DNA of 64,000 nucleotides. Source: Octopus sinensis. Lineage: Eukaryota. The position numbers and the translations under genes were made by a program. Location: NCBI RefSeq assembly GCF_006345805.1, contig NC_043008.1, forward strand, positions 43,400,001-43,464,000, in the 5' to 3' direction. Positions 1 to 14,417 of the stretch are shown piece by piece. Position 1 is the first letter of the stretch, and each line of letters opens with the position of its first letter. The notes beneath the pieces were generated by a model. That model searched no databases and was not told where the DNA came from. It saw nothing but the letters and a program-made list of their open reading frames with translations.

Positions 1-724
1 CCTTACATTTCTTTTCTATCCTTTATCGTATTTTAAGATGACATCGTGTTTCGGATTGTTCTGGGGTTCTTTTCTTTTCCAGAAAGTTCTTGCGATTACC
101 TCAGTAGGTCTTCTCTCTACTTACGAGAAAGTTCTCATGTTTTCTTGAAAGGTTTTCTTTAATTATAATTATAAACATCCATGATTCTTAAGCCGTTTTA
201 TTTCTAAGTACTTATGATTTATATGATTTTCGTTTTCATCATTACGTCTTGTATACATTATACCATTTCCCGCTACTAAAACTCCATATTATATTTTCAT
301 TTTTTTCTTTTTGTTTCAGTGTTTCTTTTGAAATCTCATATCTTTTTCATGCTCCGGTCTTTTGCATCATCGTACGTATTATATCCTAGGCTCTCCTTGA
401 TATTTTCTTACATAGTGTGCGACGGTAAGGTTTCGTGTTTATTTTGGCTTTTAGAATAATGTTTTCTGTGGTGAACTGAGGAACTAACATTATAGATCTT
501 TGTCTCCATCTGTTACTGAAAGAACTGTCATTTGAATTATGGTTTTTTTTTTTATTATTATGGTCACATTTCCACGTATACATTGGCCTGTATATTTTTA
601 CTCGCCTAAAGGGTCAGTCGTGACGAGAATCACTGAAAAGAGATGAAGTGCATCCCTTAGTCCCGAAAGAATATATATTTATGGAGATATAGTTCTATAT
701 TTAAGAGAAGAGGAATTATGTACA

Positions 725-848
725 TTATTTACATTATTTACATTGGACGGGTATTTGTCCTCATCTCGTTTGTTGTTAACACAATGTTTCGGCTGATATA
801 CTCTCCAGCCTTCACCTGATGAAGGCCGAAAGGTATATCAGCCGAAAG
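725..848. mobile_element. Foldback fragment of hammerhead-bearing Penelope-type repeat (minus copy joined to inverted plus copy)
   Basis: 725-815 matches the reverse complement of the repeat tail at 27274-27355 and is colinear with 34625-34710. It switches to the plus orientation at 816 (CTGATGA-aggccgaaaggtatatcagcc-GAAA). Confidence 0.7.
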
Positions 849-1175
849 ATGCCACTCAAAACATTGCGTTCGACCCTTGGACTCGTTCCCGTAAGCTTGC
901 CGAAGCATGCTCAGTGTTTCAGTAACAGACTTCCTAAGTTTAACACAAAATTTCACGTTGGCTCTTCGTTCCTGTCTACGACAAAATCGCAGACTACAGC
1001 ATACACGTGATCACAAAAACACAAATTCCACAACCTGAGAAATAAACACAGCGATGTCACTCGACACACTGCCTCATGAAGCTCTCTGTTAGCTCTCGTT
1101 GCACACATAACCATGTGCTTCCATATGTTGGCACACTAGAGAACCAGTCCAGAAATATTTTGATACCACCTCGCA
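849..1175 (-). mobile_element. Mariner (DD34D-type) 5' fragment: TIR plus transposase N-terminus
   Basis: Minus translation KFCVKLRKSVTETLSMLRQAYGNESKGRTQCFEWH resembles the mariner N-terminal HTH. Terminal sequence cgaggtggtatcaaaatatttctggactggttc is mariner-TIR-like. Confidence 0.85.
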
Positions 1176-1239
1176 TCTATGTAGGATTCAGTTTTTCCTT
1201 TTTTTGCTCTGGTTAAATAAAATGAAATATTTCTTCTAG

Positions 1240-2420
1240 TGTTTTCGGTGGTGCGAAGCAAAGTGTAGACTTTATTTTGGTTCTGAATGCATAACATTTA
1301 CCCATCTCTCATCGGTTATTGACTTCTGTTACTAAGATATCTTTAAGCAATTGTTTGTCTTGACTGTCTCCCATTTCAAATTGAAGATTATGATTTACCC
1401 CATTAAGAAATATCTGTTTTAAATTCATATATTTTCTCTCTACTCTCATTGCTTACAACAAATACACTGTCACTTAAAAAGTACCCCCTAACTAAATTTG
1501 CATAGGTTATGGCTACTTGGGTCTCCATCATTCTTCCAAGAACTCTCACAGTCTCACAATCAATAACATATTTATGTAATATGAAGTAAATATCAGATGG
1601 GATCAATAAATAAACAAGATTGTCGATAATAATTAACAGTAAATACAGAATTGTTATTTTCGAGAATAAATTGTAATTCTTCAGTTATTAATTTATTTCT
1701 ATACTTTTGGTAATTTATCAGAGAATCTCTCCATCCACGATTCCATCGCTTTTATTTTATAATCATGAATGTTGTTGGTGTAAAATTTGAGTACATCAAA
1801 TTTTGTTTTCATTGACGTATTCGGAAGGTAATTTCATTTATCAAAGCTATCTCTTATTTATAAAATTTAATGCGTTTTGGCAGTTGTTTCAATTGTCTAC
1901 AAAACTCAGACGCTAATTCCATGATGGGTCAGATACTGTTGGCCCTAATTTTAAACTATTTAGTGTGAAAATATCGATACATAAAATCGTACATTCTTTG
2001 CATGTCTCACATGTTATATAATGTTCTTATGAACTGTTGGTAAAAACAAGGTTCTCATTCGCTTTTAATCGCCGCTGCTGGAGTTCGTCTTCTGATACAG
2101 ATACTGTGTTTTAAACACAGTGCGTCCACAGAAAATATTGTCCCCGGTCGAATACTGCCGTAAATTTTGCTTATCACAATGTATTTACATTACGATACAT
2201 GAATGGCTTCTAAACTTTGTTATCACATTCCTTTACCGGTTAAACTTTTTTGGTGAAACTGTAAAAATTGTAAAGTTTTCCATTAATTTCTGTTGGTTCT
2301 ATTTTTCAGTCTTTTCGTAATATGTATCGTCTTCTAGCATGGATGAAACAGGATTTCATAATATTCAGTCTCCTATCCAGCAATACAACAGCAATCTTCG
2401 CCTTCTTTGAACGTTAACAT
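1240..2420 (-). mobile_element. Degenerate Penelope-like element reverse transcriptase
   Basis: Broken minus-strand frames give PTVHKN, RDSFD, FDVLKFYTNNIHDYKIKAMESWMERF, EELQFILENN..YYRQ and METQVAITYANLVRGY, in the order of PLE RT motifs (LPKIHK, IRDSFDF, FDVxSLYTNIPH, ILxNNYF, MGTxxAPxYANL). Confidence 0.7.
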
Positions 2421-2835
2421 CATATCTCAACTGAATTTTTTTTTTTACCAATTAGTGATAAAACAATTATACGAGCAATAGTATACCTACGACATTGCCA
2501 CCTTAAATCAGAGACACATTGATGTTTCTTCCAAATTTAAATATAGTAGATTTGGCTACTATATTCAGCAAGTCATGCATCTAAGTATAAGCTTCTTTCT
2601 TAATCCTGATTAAGTGCCAAAAATGAGTGACTAAATAAATTGGAGGATTTAGTTAAATCACTTACTATTTTGAGTTGAAATATCATGAGCATTGACTTAA
2701 CATTTCGTCTGCAGTCGAAGTAATAAATCCTCAGAATACATTGTCATCTATTCAATCGATTATTGCTCCTCTCTTGCAAATATTTGGCTTTGTACCAGCA
2801 CAAGGATTAATTACGTATACTTTCAAGCATGCAGT

Positions 2836-2872
<37 letters not shown>

Positions 2873-3118
2873 GTATGTGCATATGTACGTAGTATGTATG
2901 CATGTGCATATATATATAAATCTAATTCAGGGTATCTAAGAGATACCACCACGCTGGAAATGGCAGTCAAAACTTAAACCAACATTAAATGTTCATATAG
3001 TACCAGGAGAGAAGACAAAGAGACGAAATAGAGTAGTAAAAAAAATACTGGACAATTCCCAAGATGGCCACCAGATAAGATCGGTATTTAAATATCAATC
3101 TTATCCTTATTTATATAA

Positions 3119-3211
<93 letters not shown>

Positions 3212-4861
3212 CATACATATACATATATATACGCATGTGTATGTGTGTATATGTGTGGGTGTGTAACTCCGCTTGTGTAACCACACAACATTTTCACGTT
3301 ACATTTTTCGTCCCCAGTTTCCTCAACGATAGATATTCATTGTCTGAAAACGCGACCCCCACAACACGTTCTGCTGGTCTGAACGGAGCATATTTCTAAT
3401 CAAACTTCCGTCATGCTCTTATTTACATAATTAACTGTTAGACTCACATCTTCATTCTTATTTCTGCTGCTTTCCTGTCCACATTGTCGCCATGCTGCAA
3501 ATCTCATAATTCTTCTTTTTAGCGTTTTGTAGTTGTTGTTGTTGTCTTAGTATTTTTATTACTATTTTCATATCTACTGACTCGGTGACTAACAATACTG
3601 GCAAGAACATTTCCAATATGCATTGTAATTGTTTTTGAGATCTAATGTAAATAAATCCCATCTCCTCTACTACACAGAACAACTATTCCAGACTTTGGAT
3701 TTCTTATCCTGAAGAAAAATTCATTAGCCACGTCTTCTTGGCACCGAGTAATCTTATATATTTTATAGTATATGCAAGCTAATAAGAAAAAATTCTCATT
3801 TAGAAGTGGAAGTCAGAAAACATATTGGGACGATTCCTTTTTCTTTTTTTTCTTTAATGAATATTTTTGTTGCTGTTTTGTTATTGTTTTGTACTGTTTT
3901 GTTTTGAGTTTGTTGCTATTGGCGTTATATTTTTTCTTTTTGATTCGGGATGTTTTTAAAGAAACTAAAATCAAGAAAATTATCTGAGTTAGATTCCGCA
4001 TGTTTTCTACTGAGTGAATATCAGATAAAAGGAGGACATGTCTATATTTCTATTGCCACTTACGCCACAAAAATTGGGTTTAAGGACATCAACAAGTCCG
4101 CAATATCCGTATTTTACTTTAACTTCCATAAAACTCATGTTTTTCGATGCCAAACATCATTGTGGCACAGACTGACGATAGGAAGGATAAAAGAACTAAT
4201 AAATGCAGAGAAGAGAGAAAGAAATGAAGAAGGACAAAAATTATAGTGTAACAAGGGTGAGACATTTAGTTCTCATAGGAATAGTACTTTAAACCCCGTG
4301 TTTCTCTGATGTACAGATAAATTTCATAAATAAAATGGTGAGTAAAAGTTTTTTTTTTATCATTATCAGTTTCTGGTTAATAATGCAAAATGTGTTTGGT
4401 GTTTCAAGAAGTAATCACGTCGAGTTAATGGGCTCCTATAGGGCTCATGGCTATTATAAATAATATTTAATATTATCCAATGGATATGGTGAGGTTATCC
4501 CGTAAGAGTACATGTAACGCCGAAACATATGTAGCAGAACATTAATAAAAATATAAATACTTCAACCATGAAGTATTTCTCGTTATTAATATATATATCC
4601 TACACTCCACGGGGTACCGCATACATAACAATCACATACAGTTAACTAATAATGTTCAGAATAATATACGGTAACCAGCAAGAAGTAGCATGGAGCTTTT
4701 ATGAGCACAATGTTAGACATCTGCTATATACAAAATACAAAGATATATGTGTGTATGTATATTGTATGTATACATATATACACACACAAATATATATGAA
4801 TATTCTATACATATATGTGCGTGTGTCTATATACATGTACATATATATACATATATATATA

Positions 4862-5170
4862 TCACGTGATCACGTGACCGACCAGACCATCAGATGTTGT
4901 TACACATCGCTGGTCACAATGCGTTCACATTGTTTTAGCCTTCGAATGACGCCACCCCGCTGGCTAAGAGAGCAGGCCAACAGAAGAAAGAGTGGGAGAA
5001 AGAGTGGTGAAAGAGTACAGCAGGGATCACCAGCCACTGCCGGAGCGTCGTGGAGCTTTTAGGTGTTTTTCGCTCAATAAACACACACAACGCCCGGTCT
5101 GGGAATCGAAACCGCGATCCTGCGACCGCGAGTCCGCTGCCCTAACCACAAGGCCATAGTGCGCCTCCAC
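4862..5170 (-). mobile_element. tRNA-derived SINE, family C head with alternative tail Y
   Basis: Minus-strand head ggaggcgcactatggccttgtggttagggcagcggactcgcgg...ggtttcgattcccagacc has A/B boxes. It shares the gtttattgagcgaaaacacctaaagctccac body with 27496 and 38649 but has a different 3' end. Confidence 0.8.
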
Positions 5171-5190
5171 TTAAGTCGATACATATATAT

Positions 5191-5221
<31 letters not shown>

Positions 5222-5230
5222 TTATTTATT

Positions 5231-5268
<38 letters not shown>

Positions 5269-5469
5269 TTATATATATATATATTTATTTATATATATAT
5301 ATATATATTTATTTATATATATATATATATGTTTGTGTGTGTGTGTGTGTGTATAAATATAAATAAATCAATATATATATATACATAACTTAGGTTGGTT
5401 TCGGCCACTATCCTTCCAGGCCATGACTAACTCAGTAGCACCACCTGGAAAAGTATTTTAGTTAATTAA

Positions 5470-5665
5470 TTCGGTACAACATGGACCACTCAAGCAGAGA
5501 GTTGTTGTTGGTTGAGACCTATCCAGGTGTAGGTGGTTTATCCGGTATTTCCTGAAGGAATTTGTCCAGGTACCGTTTCAAAGGTGTGGTGTCTTTTTCT
5601 GCTTTAATTTCTTTCGGGATAACATTGAAAAGTGCAGCACCATTTGCAGTGAAGAAATTGTGTCG

Positions 5666-5668
<3 letters not shown>
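5470..5668 (-). mobile_element. CR1-like LINE 3' end remnant
   Basis: Minus translation RHNFFTANGAALFNVIPKEIKAEKDTTPLKRYLDKFLQEIPDKPPTPG resembles a CR1/L2-type RT C-terminus. A homologous plus copy lies at 29780-29945. Confidence 0.7.
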
Positions 5669-5707
<39 letters not shown>

Positions 5708-5711
5708 CACT

Positions 5712-5832
5712 CAGAAGGCATTATTGACCCGGAACTATAGCAAACGATACCTACCCAAGGTATCACACAATGGGACTGAACTCGAGACTACGGGGTCGTA
5801 AAGCTACCGCCTTAACCACACAGACATGTCTG
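5712..5832 (-). mobile_element. SINE family A, degenerate 5' half
   Basis: cccaaggtatcacacaatgggactgaactcg...accacacag aligns with the head of 42395-42786. Confidence 0.6.
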
Positions 5833-6715
5833 CTTCTAGCATCGTATTTCGTACACCTACAATGCCCTGATTAGTTTTATTGTAAGTTCTGGAAATTCCT
5901 TTAAATCTCATACAACTTTTTTCAAATACTTGAACCCCATCACATAATCGATTAAAATATTCGCATTTTTTACTTTTACACCAAATTTCTAACTCGATGT
6001 TTGTGTTTTACAGAAGTTAAATTTTTCACCTTTTAAGCATTTATCCAGTTCAGCTTGTTTGTTTTGATGAGGTTTCTCTCATTAGTTGGAGATTTAAAAC
6101 TTTCAATAATTCCAGTGTTTCATAGACAGCTATTATGAAATATTCGTCATTTCATAGAATTATTTTGATGATTTTTTTTCCATTTTTTTTCAATAAAAAT
6201 AATTATATAAATTTTTTCACTTCTTTATTGCTTTCGGTCTTTGCAAAGAAATTATGCTTTGTATTTTTTCTATTCACGATTTCGAAAAATATATGTGTAT
6301 GTGTGTATATTTTTTTCCTATTAGAGATATGAATAGTTCCTTCTGAGCAATTAACATGAGATATTGGTTCACCAATCAAAAGTTCGTGTGTATTAACACG
6401 TGATAGTTTTCAACACAAATACATATATGTGTATGTGTATATATTTATATATATATATAATATATATATATATATGTGTGTGTGTGTGTATGTGTGAGTG
6501 TGTGTATTTAATGTATATATATATATGCACAAACACACACACATACACGCATGTGTGTGTGCGTTTGGAGGCACGTGATTATTGGTTAAAGTTTCCCACT
6601 CATTATCGTAAGATTGTGTTTTCTATTCCTGGGCAGGGCGATGTGTTGTGTTCTTCAACAAGTCACTTCCTTTCGCGTTACTCCAGTCCAATGTATAATT
6701 ACGTATATATATATA

Positions 6716-6764
<49 letters not shown>

Positions 6765-6941
6765 TACATATAAATTTGACATGGGCGATTCTTTCTTGTC
6801 TTGGGATTCACAGTTAAACGGCTGGTGGAATTGCGCGAAAATCTATACATATATGTAAAATGGTCTGATAGTGATGCTGGGCTTTGTATTTTATCATAGC
6901 TCCCATGGTTACCGAGAATTACTACAATAATTACACACTTG

Positions 6942-6979
<38 letters not shown>

Positions 6980-7221
6980 ATAATATAATAGTGCGATTAA
7001 TAAAGCTCACCTCTGTATATAGTGATAAACCTGTCATGCCAGAGTGCTAAACCTCAGTTTTGCCATGGTCAATATGGCGTCCGTAGACAGTAAATACATA
7101 TCTTTCAAGTACTGAATGCTATGAACTCTATGCTAGGCACCAGAATAATCTATGGTTCTTTATATTTCTCATAATTCCGTTATCTCGCATAAAGTCAATA
7201 TGACACCACCGGTGCTAAGAC

Positions 7222-7440
7222 AATGGTTTCAAATTTTAGCACAAGGCCAGCAGTTTGGGGTGGGGTGTGGTTAAGTCGATTATGTCGACCCCAGTGCTCA
7301 ACTGGTACATTTATCGTTATCCTAAAGGATGAAAGGCAAAGTCGACTTCGGTGGAATTTGAATTCAGAATGTAAAAACGGTTAAAATGTTATTAAGCATT
7401 TCGTCCGGCATGCTAGCGATTCTGCCATCCCACCGCCTTA
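7222..7440 (-). mobile_element. SINE family B
   Basis: Reverse complement aligns with 63532-63700 (gagttcaaattcc..gtcgactttgcctttcatcct..gtaccag). Confidence 0.75.
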
Positions 7441-8961
7441 ATCTGGTGCTGAGATATTAGCAGAGAAGACCACAATTTCGATGTTTCACAAGAACGATAC
7501 AAAAATGATTCAAATATGATTTTGTATCTAAGTACCAAACAATGTCTTCTTTATTTCCACAGCTTTCTTAACTTGATATAATTAGCTGATTGATTAATTA
7601 ACTTAGCTGAAAATTACTTAACCAATTTATTGAATTAACTCACATATTTTTCACCAAAGATTTCAATGTAAATGCTATCTTCAATGAAGGCAGAAACGTA
7701 ATACTTAACATGGTGAAATATTCTATAATTATGCTTTTAGCTTAAACCAAATTATTCCATCTCAAGAGAGAATTTATTTAAGAGATACATATTTCATTAT
7801 AATTTTTTTTAAATTAACTATTGAATATGCTTTATATGATGGAATATATTTTTAACATTTATTCTCAATTTTTTGATATTTTTCAATCTAAGAGTGATTT
7901 TCTTGAATGTTTCGTATGCTCTTAGTTTTTGTATTTCGTGTAAACAGATGTCATTGAGTGAATTCAATACTCCATCATTTATACAGAATATATTAGACGT
8001 TACTTAAAATAGCTTTTATTTTATTTTTCAAGAACACACACACGCATATATATAATTACATATATATATGCATATATATATATACATATATATACATATA
8101 TATACATATATATGTATATATATGTATGTATGTGTGCGTGTGTGTGTATGTGTGTGTGTGTGGCATTTCCATTTGTACTTCAATAAAAGCCTGTAAGCTC
8201 TAAGTGATTTACTCCTCCGCTATCTGCTTTTATACGGAGACTAAACACATTTTTTTCAATTTGTAAAATCGTTCAAAGGTGCATCACCACTACTACTACC
8301 ACCACTACAACAACCACAACTAAGAGGTCTTTAAGCCCAACGCCAACTCGTACAAACGCTTCAATTTATATCAATATCTTACTTTACTAAGTGAAGAATT
8401 TCTGTCTCTGGGAATCATGATTCCCACCTTTGGTCAATACGATACGGTTTCGTAAGCTGCATTCTCATTCACAAATTGTCCCCATTTGTTAATCATATCT
8501 CCTGTGACATGTACTCAAATAAACTCTTCCTAAATTGTTCCCTAGTCATGTACACAACAAATCTCGTCCAATCCGACCCGTGAATACCATTTATACGCGA
8601 CATCTTTTCCAACAACGTCAGTCAGCGAGTTCCAGAGCGCATGCGCCCATCCTTGTCAGACTCGATAATGTTACACTCTCTTTTTCTTTCGTCTCTTTTG
8701 CACGGGTGTAGCCCGATCTTTACGAAGATATTCTTTCATCTAGGCTCACATTTGCACCGCGCACACCTGCTCCCACATACACATACTCATACACACAGAT
8801 GTATTAATCAAGGGACATACTGGGTATGTCTACCTGCTGGAAATAGGAGTCGAAACTCTTGTTTAAACCGCCGAAAAAATGACAGTGATAATAACTAGAT
8901 AAGTCAACTGTACGGAGCAAATGGGTCAAGAAAATCATTCACATACCTATATATAATCCAG

Positions 8962-9017
<56 letters not shown>

Positions 9018-9199
9018 AGAGAGACACAAACAGACATACAGACATACAGACAGAAAGACAGACAGACAGAGATAGAGAGAGGAGAGAGAGAAGAGAGAGA
9101 GAGATGAAACCTGTGCAAACAGACAGCTTTAACTACTTCTCCCTAGACTGAGAAAACAAACCTCATGAGAAGTGTGTACATCACTTTACCTATCCTAGA

Positions 9200-9520
9200 G
9201 AGATCCAGTAGCTTCAGAGAAATCGACTAATTCGCATATTCGCAAGGTCATGAGTTCAATTCCCGACGACGCGTTGTGTCCTTGAGCAAGACACTTTATT
9301 TCGTGTTGCACCAATCCACTCAGCTTGTAAAAATGAGCTGTACCTGTATTTCAAAGGATTGACTTTGTCACACTCTGTGTTACGTTAAATATCCCTGACA
9401 ACTACGTTAAGGGTACACGTGTCTATGGAGGGCTCAGCCACTTACACGTGAATTTCACGAACAAGCTGTTCCTTTGATCATATCAGCTGGGACCCTCGTC
9501 GTCGTAACCGACGGAGTTCT
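9200..9520 (+). mobile_element. SINE family D (tRNA head, CORE-like segment, tail X)
   Basis: B box gagttcaattcc; CORE-like ttgtgtccttgagcaagacacttt; tail ...ctcgtcgtcgtaaccgacggag shared with 27496, 38649, 45195 and 54818. Confidence 0.8.
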
Positions 9521-9719
9521 CCTTATGATTTAATAAATGTAATAGGCATAGACACACATATACATAAATACGCACACACGTATATACACACTCACACACA
9601 CACAAACGCATGCGCAAACAAACGCATTACTGCTAACGATCAAACATTCAACTCACTACCTCGCTGCAGTGCTCTCATTCTATTGTTAAATGAATAAAAT
9701 ACTCTTTGACTTATATTAG

Positions 9720-10190
9720 TTCAGATGAGGTGTGACGAGTAAGTGCCGCCACCATTTCTCGCTATATTCCCGGGTCCTCCTGGGCGATATAGCAAGCAGA
9801 ATCCCAGTCTGTGAAATATTCCTCCTCATCTGTCATGATCACGTGGCATGTGGTCGGCCATGACACGCCGTCGCCTCAGCCGGATCCTCTGTGAAGAGAA
9901 CACAGTAAGCTGGGTCTAAGTCAGAAAATCGAGCAACCAGCATGGCCAAACAGTCTGAGCTGGCGCATACCAGGACGCATACCAGTTTCTGAGCTGATCT
10001 ATTGGTTGGGTACGAAAACTGACCAGTGGTGACCGATAATCCGGTGAATCATCCTCATTAAATATATATTTTCCACACAAGGACGCACATTTGATTTTGC
10101 AAACGTACTGCACCGCCAGGAGTATAGACTGCAGCATCATCAGCCAGAAAATTCAGTGCGAATTTGCATATATTTGAATATTTCCTGACT
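9720..10190 (-). mobile_element. RTE-clade LINE 3' RT remnant
   Basis: Frameshifted minus translations FLADDAAVY, RQLRLFGHA, EDP...GRPHAT and IAQEDPG correspond to the RT (Y/F)ADD motif and the RTE C-terminal RLRWFGHV..GRP motifs. Confidence 0.65.
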
Positions 10191-10623
10191 ACAAATACAC
10201 ACTTGACAGTAAAGTCACGCGATTTGAACATACTAAGAAACCTCGTAAATTTCAAAATTCTTAAACTTTATGTAGACTTAGCGCTATAAAGTTATTCAAT
10301 AAATGCAACTTTAGTAAAACTTAGAGCGTTATCTTAATATGATTGTTTCTCTAAATACAGGGGAAAAAAATCATCTTCAAAACGAAAACAGATCTACGAG
10401 AGATAGAACGGACATGATTCACTGAGATATAGCTTAATGTAATGTAGATTTAAGTGAATAAAGAAATATTTAGTGACATGTTTATTAAAGAGATATGCCT
10501 GCAAACCGTCCATTATTCAGTTAAGTTTACATTCTATCAATTTATAATGCACTGAACCATGTTCATTGGGAAGTCGTGTAGACAGTTTTTGCTTCAAGAT
10601 GCATTTATGGTGTAGTTTGGGAA

Positions 10624-10655
<32 letters not shown>

Positions 10656-10761
10656 TATGTGTGCTTGTGAGTGTGCACAGATATGTACACATACATATTT
10701 AAGTACACACACACACACACGCGCGCACACGCACACACACACACATGCACATATATAATTG

Positions 10762-10799
<38 letters not shown>

Positions 10800-11010
10800 G
10801 TATATATGTGTGTGTGGGCGTATATATGCATATGAGTGTATGGGTTTGTGAATAAATATCTATCTATGTCTATATATATGTGTGTGTGTGTGCGTGTGTG
10901 TGTGCATGTGTGTGTGTATATACATATATATATATTCATATTCATATATATACATATTTACTATGCATGTGTATATACATATATATATTCTTTTATTCTT
11001 TTATTCTTTT

Positions 11011-11312
11011 ACTTGTTTCAGTCATTTGACAGTGGCCGTGCTGGAGCACTGCCTTTAGTCGAGCAAATCGACCCCAGGACTTATTCTATGTAAACCTAGT
11101 ACTTATTCTATCGGTCTATCTTGCCGAATCACAAGGTTACGGGGACGTAAGCGCACCAGTATCGGTTGTCAAGCGATGGTGGGGAGACAAATACAGATAG
11201 ACAAACATACATACGCACATACACACACACACATACACACACACATATACATATATACGACGGGCTTATTTCAGTTTCTGTCTATCAAATCTACTCACAA
11301 GTCGACCGAAGG
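11011..11312 (-). mobile_element. SINE family A (5' truncated)
   Basis: Colinear with 42395-42670: gccgtgctggagcactgcctttagtcgagcaaatcgaccccaggacttattc...catcggttgtcaagcgatg. Confidence 0.85.
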
Positions 11313-11339
11313 GGTTTCGGGATATGCCGGCAGTGTACT

Positions 11340-11900
11340 AGCAACCTACGGCAACGCTCCGTTTTTTTATTCCTCTTTTCTCCTTTATGACGGGAGGGTG
11401 GAGTTCTTTCGTTTTGTCCGAAAGATTTTCCTTCCCTCCCGCCTCCTCAGCTGCAGGCAACATTTTATCATTAATGAGCTTGGCTCTGCTGCCACCCAAA
11501 CTCCGAAGGATAATGTCTTCTATCCACTCGGGTTCTATTCCGGGTGGCAGACCACAGACCCAAGCTCTTGTTAATTTCTTCCCACCATATGTGGGAAAAA
11601 ACAGAATTTTTTGCCCTCCTAACGGCTGGCTTGCAAAATTGCGAGCCTCCTCACCATTGCATATTTGACACCCCTGCCAATAAGCTAAATACTTGGCAGA
11701 TATTCTGCCAACTCTTTTTCAATCTTAATTCAAGGGAATATCGTAATGGTGTCGAGAGACTTACAATAAGTTCTCACCACTACTGTTCTCTCATGGAAAT
11801 TTTCCAACCACTGCCTCGGAGGCACAATTTCCCAATCTATAGCAGTCTCTTTTGCCATGTTTGCAGAAAAAGAAAATTAAGTAGTTCAAGATAAATACTC
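11340..11900 (-). mobile_element. Probable L1/Tx1-type LINE ORF1 remnant
   Basis: GC-richer island. Minus frame FPTYGGKKLTRAWVCGLPPGIEPEWIEDIILRSLGG resembles the RRM-like ORF1p of L1/Tx1 (recall-based), with stops and frameshifts. Confidence 0.4.
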
Positions 11901-12512
11901 TAAAATCAAAAATATATAAAAGAGCAGAAAGACAGTGCAAGGAAAAGAAGGAAGGAAGACAGTTCATATCACGGCAAATCCACATCCGGCCTCTGGTAAT
12001 CCTGGCCAACAGGTTTTCCACAAATTGTTACTCCAATCAGGTACTCCAGGTCCAGAAGCAGGAACACAGAATGTATGTATGTATGAGAAGTACGCTTATG
12101 CTATGGTAATACAGCGGTATTACAAAATAAGAAGAGATACACCAAGGAGAGATGAGATATGTTAGACCTGCTTCGCAGGAACGGACTTCCTTAATAAATG
12201 TATGTATAAAACTTTCTATGAGTCTAAGTATATAATGTATGTATGTCTATACACTTATTATAAATATATATATAGATAGATAGATAGACAGATAGATATG
12301 TATATACATAACTATAAATATTTATGTTCATCAATTTATCAATATATAAGATATATATATATACATACATCTAAAAGCATATATACATATATATTTTTAT
12401 ATAATATATATATATATGTATTTATATTTATATATATATATATTATATATATATATATATATATACATATATATTTATAGATACATATATATTTATATAT
12501 ATGTATATATAA

Positions 12513-12550
<38 letters not shown>

Positions 12551-13066
12551 CATATATATATAAATATATACATTATATATACATATTATATATATATAAA
12601 TATATATATGTGTGTGTGTACGTGTGTGTGTGATTTTTCGCATGATGATCTATTGTCCAAATTACATACGTTATATACCATGTGTAATTATATTGCAGAT
12701 ATGTTTTCAGAAAAATATCGCATTTCAAATATTTTACGTATAATATGGAGAAAATAACGACAATGAAATTGTCACATGAGATACAAGAAATATCCAGATT
12801 CATAGAATAAATATTGTACATCGGTGTGTGGTTGTGTATGTGTTTTGTGTCCATATGAAGACGTATGTCACTTTTGGGGTGTGTTTACGTGAACGATATT
12901 TAGATACCTTTCCAAGTATAAGAAATATCCGAAATTAGCTTTTGTCAAAGAATGATTCACATTTCGTCTTAGCAACATACATAAATACATGTATTTATGT
13001 GTGGTGTGTGTGTGTTTTGTGTGTTGCTGTGTGCGTGTGAGTAGATATATATATTATATATATATA

Positions 13067-13104
<38 letters not shown>

Positions 13105-14232
13105 TATATGATATATATATATATATGTATGTATGTATATGTATAATACATACATGTAAGTATATATAAATATGTGCTTATTTGTTATTTCTTCATATCA
13201 TGCATAAATGTATATATGTATATATATGTGTGTATATATGCATGCATATAAATGTATGTATTTATATATATACATATATATATATGTTCTATATATATGT
13301 ATGTATATAATTATAATATATATATATTATATATATATTATATTATATATATATATATAAACTGGAAGGAGGAGAGGACTCCATGTCAGCTCGTGACTCC
13401 ATCGACTCTTAAAGCAATTATAGAAATCCTGGTTCGATCCTGAAGCCCGTACTCTCTTATAAATGACGGCTAGACGATTGTTTTAATTGTAAGTTATCTA
13501 GTCAAGTAAAAATTAAAATGATATACAAAATAAATACTCAAATATTAGTATACCAATAATTCTATTTTATATCATATCTCACACGTGTTTATAACATATC
13601 AACAGGAGAAAATATTTAAGATATATAAATTTTTTAGAAAGTATTTTATTTGTGTGAGAATTGGCAGAAAAAAAATTGAAGGAGAATCTCGATAACAAAT
13701 AAAGAAAAAAACCAATCTAATCGATGACAAAATAAAAAAAAAATATGTAAGTAAAAGAAAACGAAATTTTATCACCATTTTTGTTTCAGCTTATGATGAC
13801 ACCTTATAAGCAATAAAAAATCTAGTGGAGATAGAACTAAACAAATAAGAAATAAGTTTAGAAAAATATCGATCAGATATTTCTAGATTGATAGTTTAAT
13901 TCAGTTACATTCAGTCGTAATTCTTTGCTGAGTTTGTTAGTTAATAATTTCATTGAAAGAGGTGTCCAAGCGGTGTAGCTAATGCTATATATAGGTAACT
14001 ATTTTCTACTGAAGTGACATCAAGATGGAGAATTTGACGTCTGGAAAGTTTATTGATTATGGCAACTAACATACATGTAGACAACGGTCAAAAGTCAAAA
14101 ATAGTCACGAAATCCTCGCTAATCAACATAGACAATAAAGCATAAACCACCATTCACACCTCACCTCGGACTTTCTTCACAAATCTCAGGGATTGTCTTC
14201 CTTCTTAGCAAGCAAGATTTGTTGCTTTGATA

Positions 14233-14380
14233 GTGGCGCTCCGTCGGTTACAACGACGAGGGTCCCGGCTGATCCAACGGAACAGCCTGCTCGTTAAATT
14301 AACGTGCAAGTGGCTGAGCACTCCAAAGACACGTATATCCTTAACGTAGTTCACGGGGAGATTCAGCATGACACAGAGTC
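14233..14380 (-). mobile_element. SINE tail X fragment (family C/D)
   Basis: Reverse complement of the tail at 55000-55134. Confidence 0.75.
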
Positions 14381-14386
14381 ATATAC

Positions 14387-14417
<31 letters not shown>

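Noticed and set aside
386-583. Possible GIY-YIG endonuclease remnant of the Penelope element
   Set aside because: The resemblance is too weak to call by eye; it needs tBLASTn/HMM.
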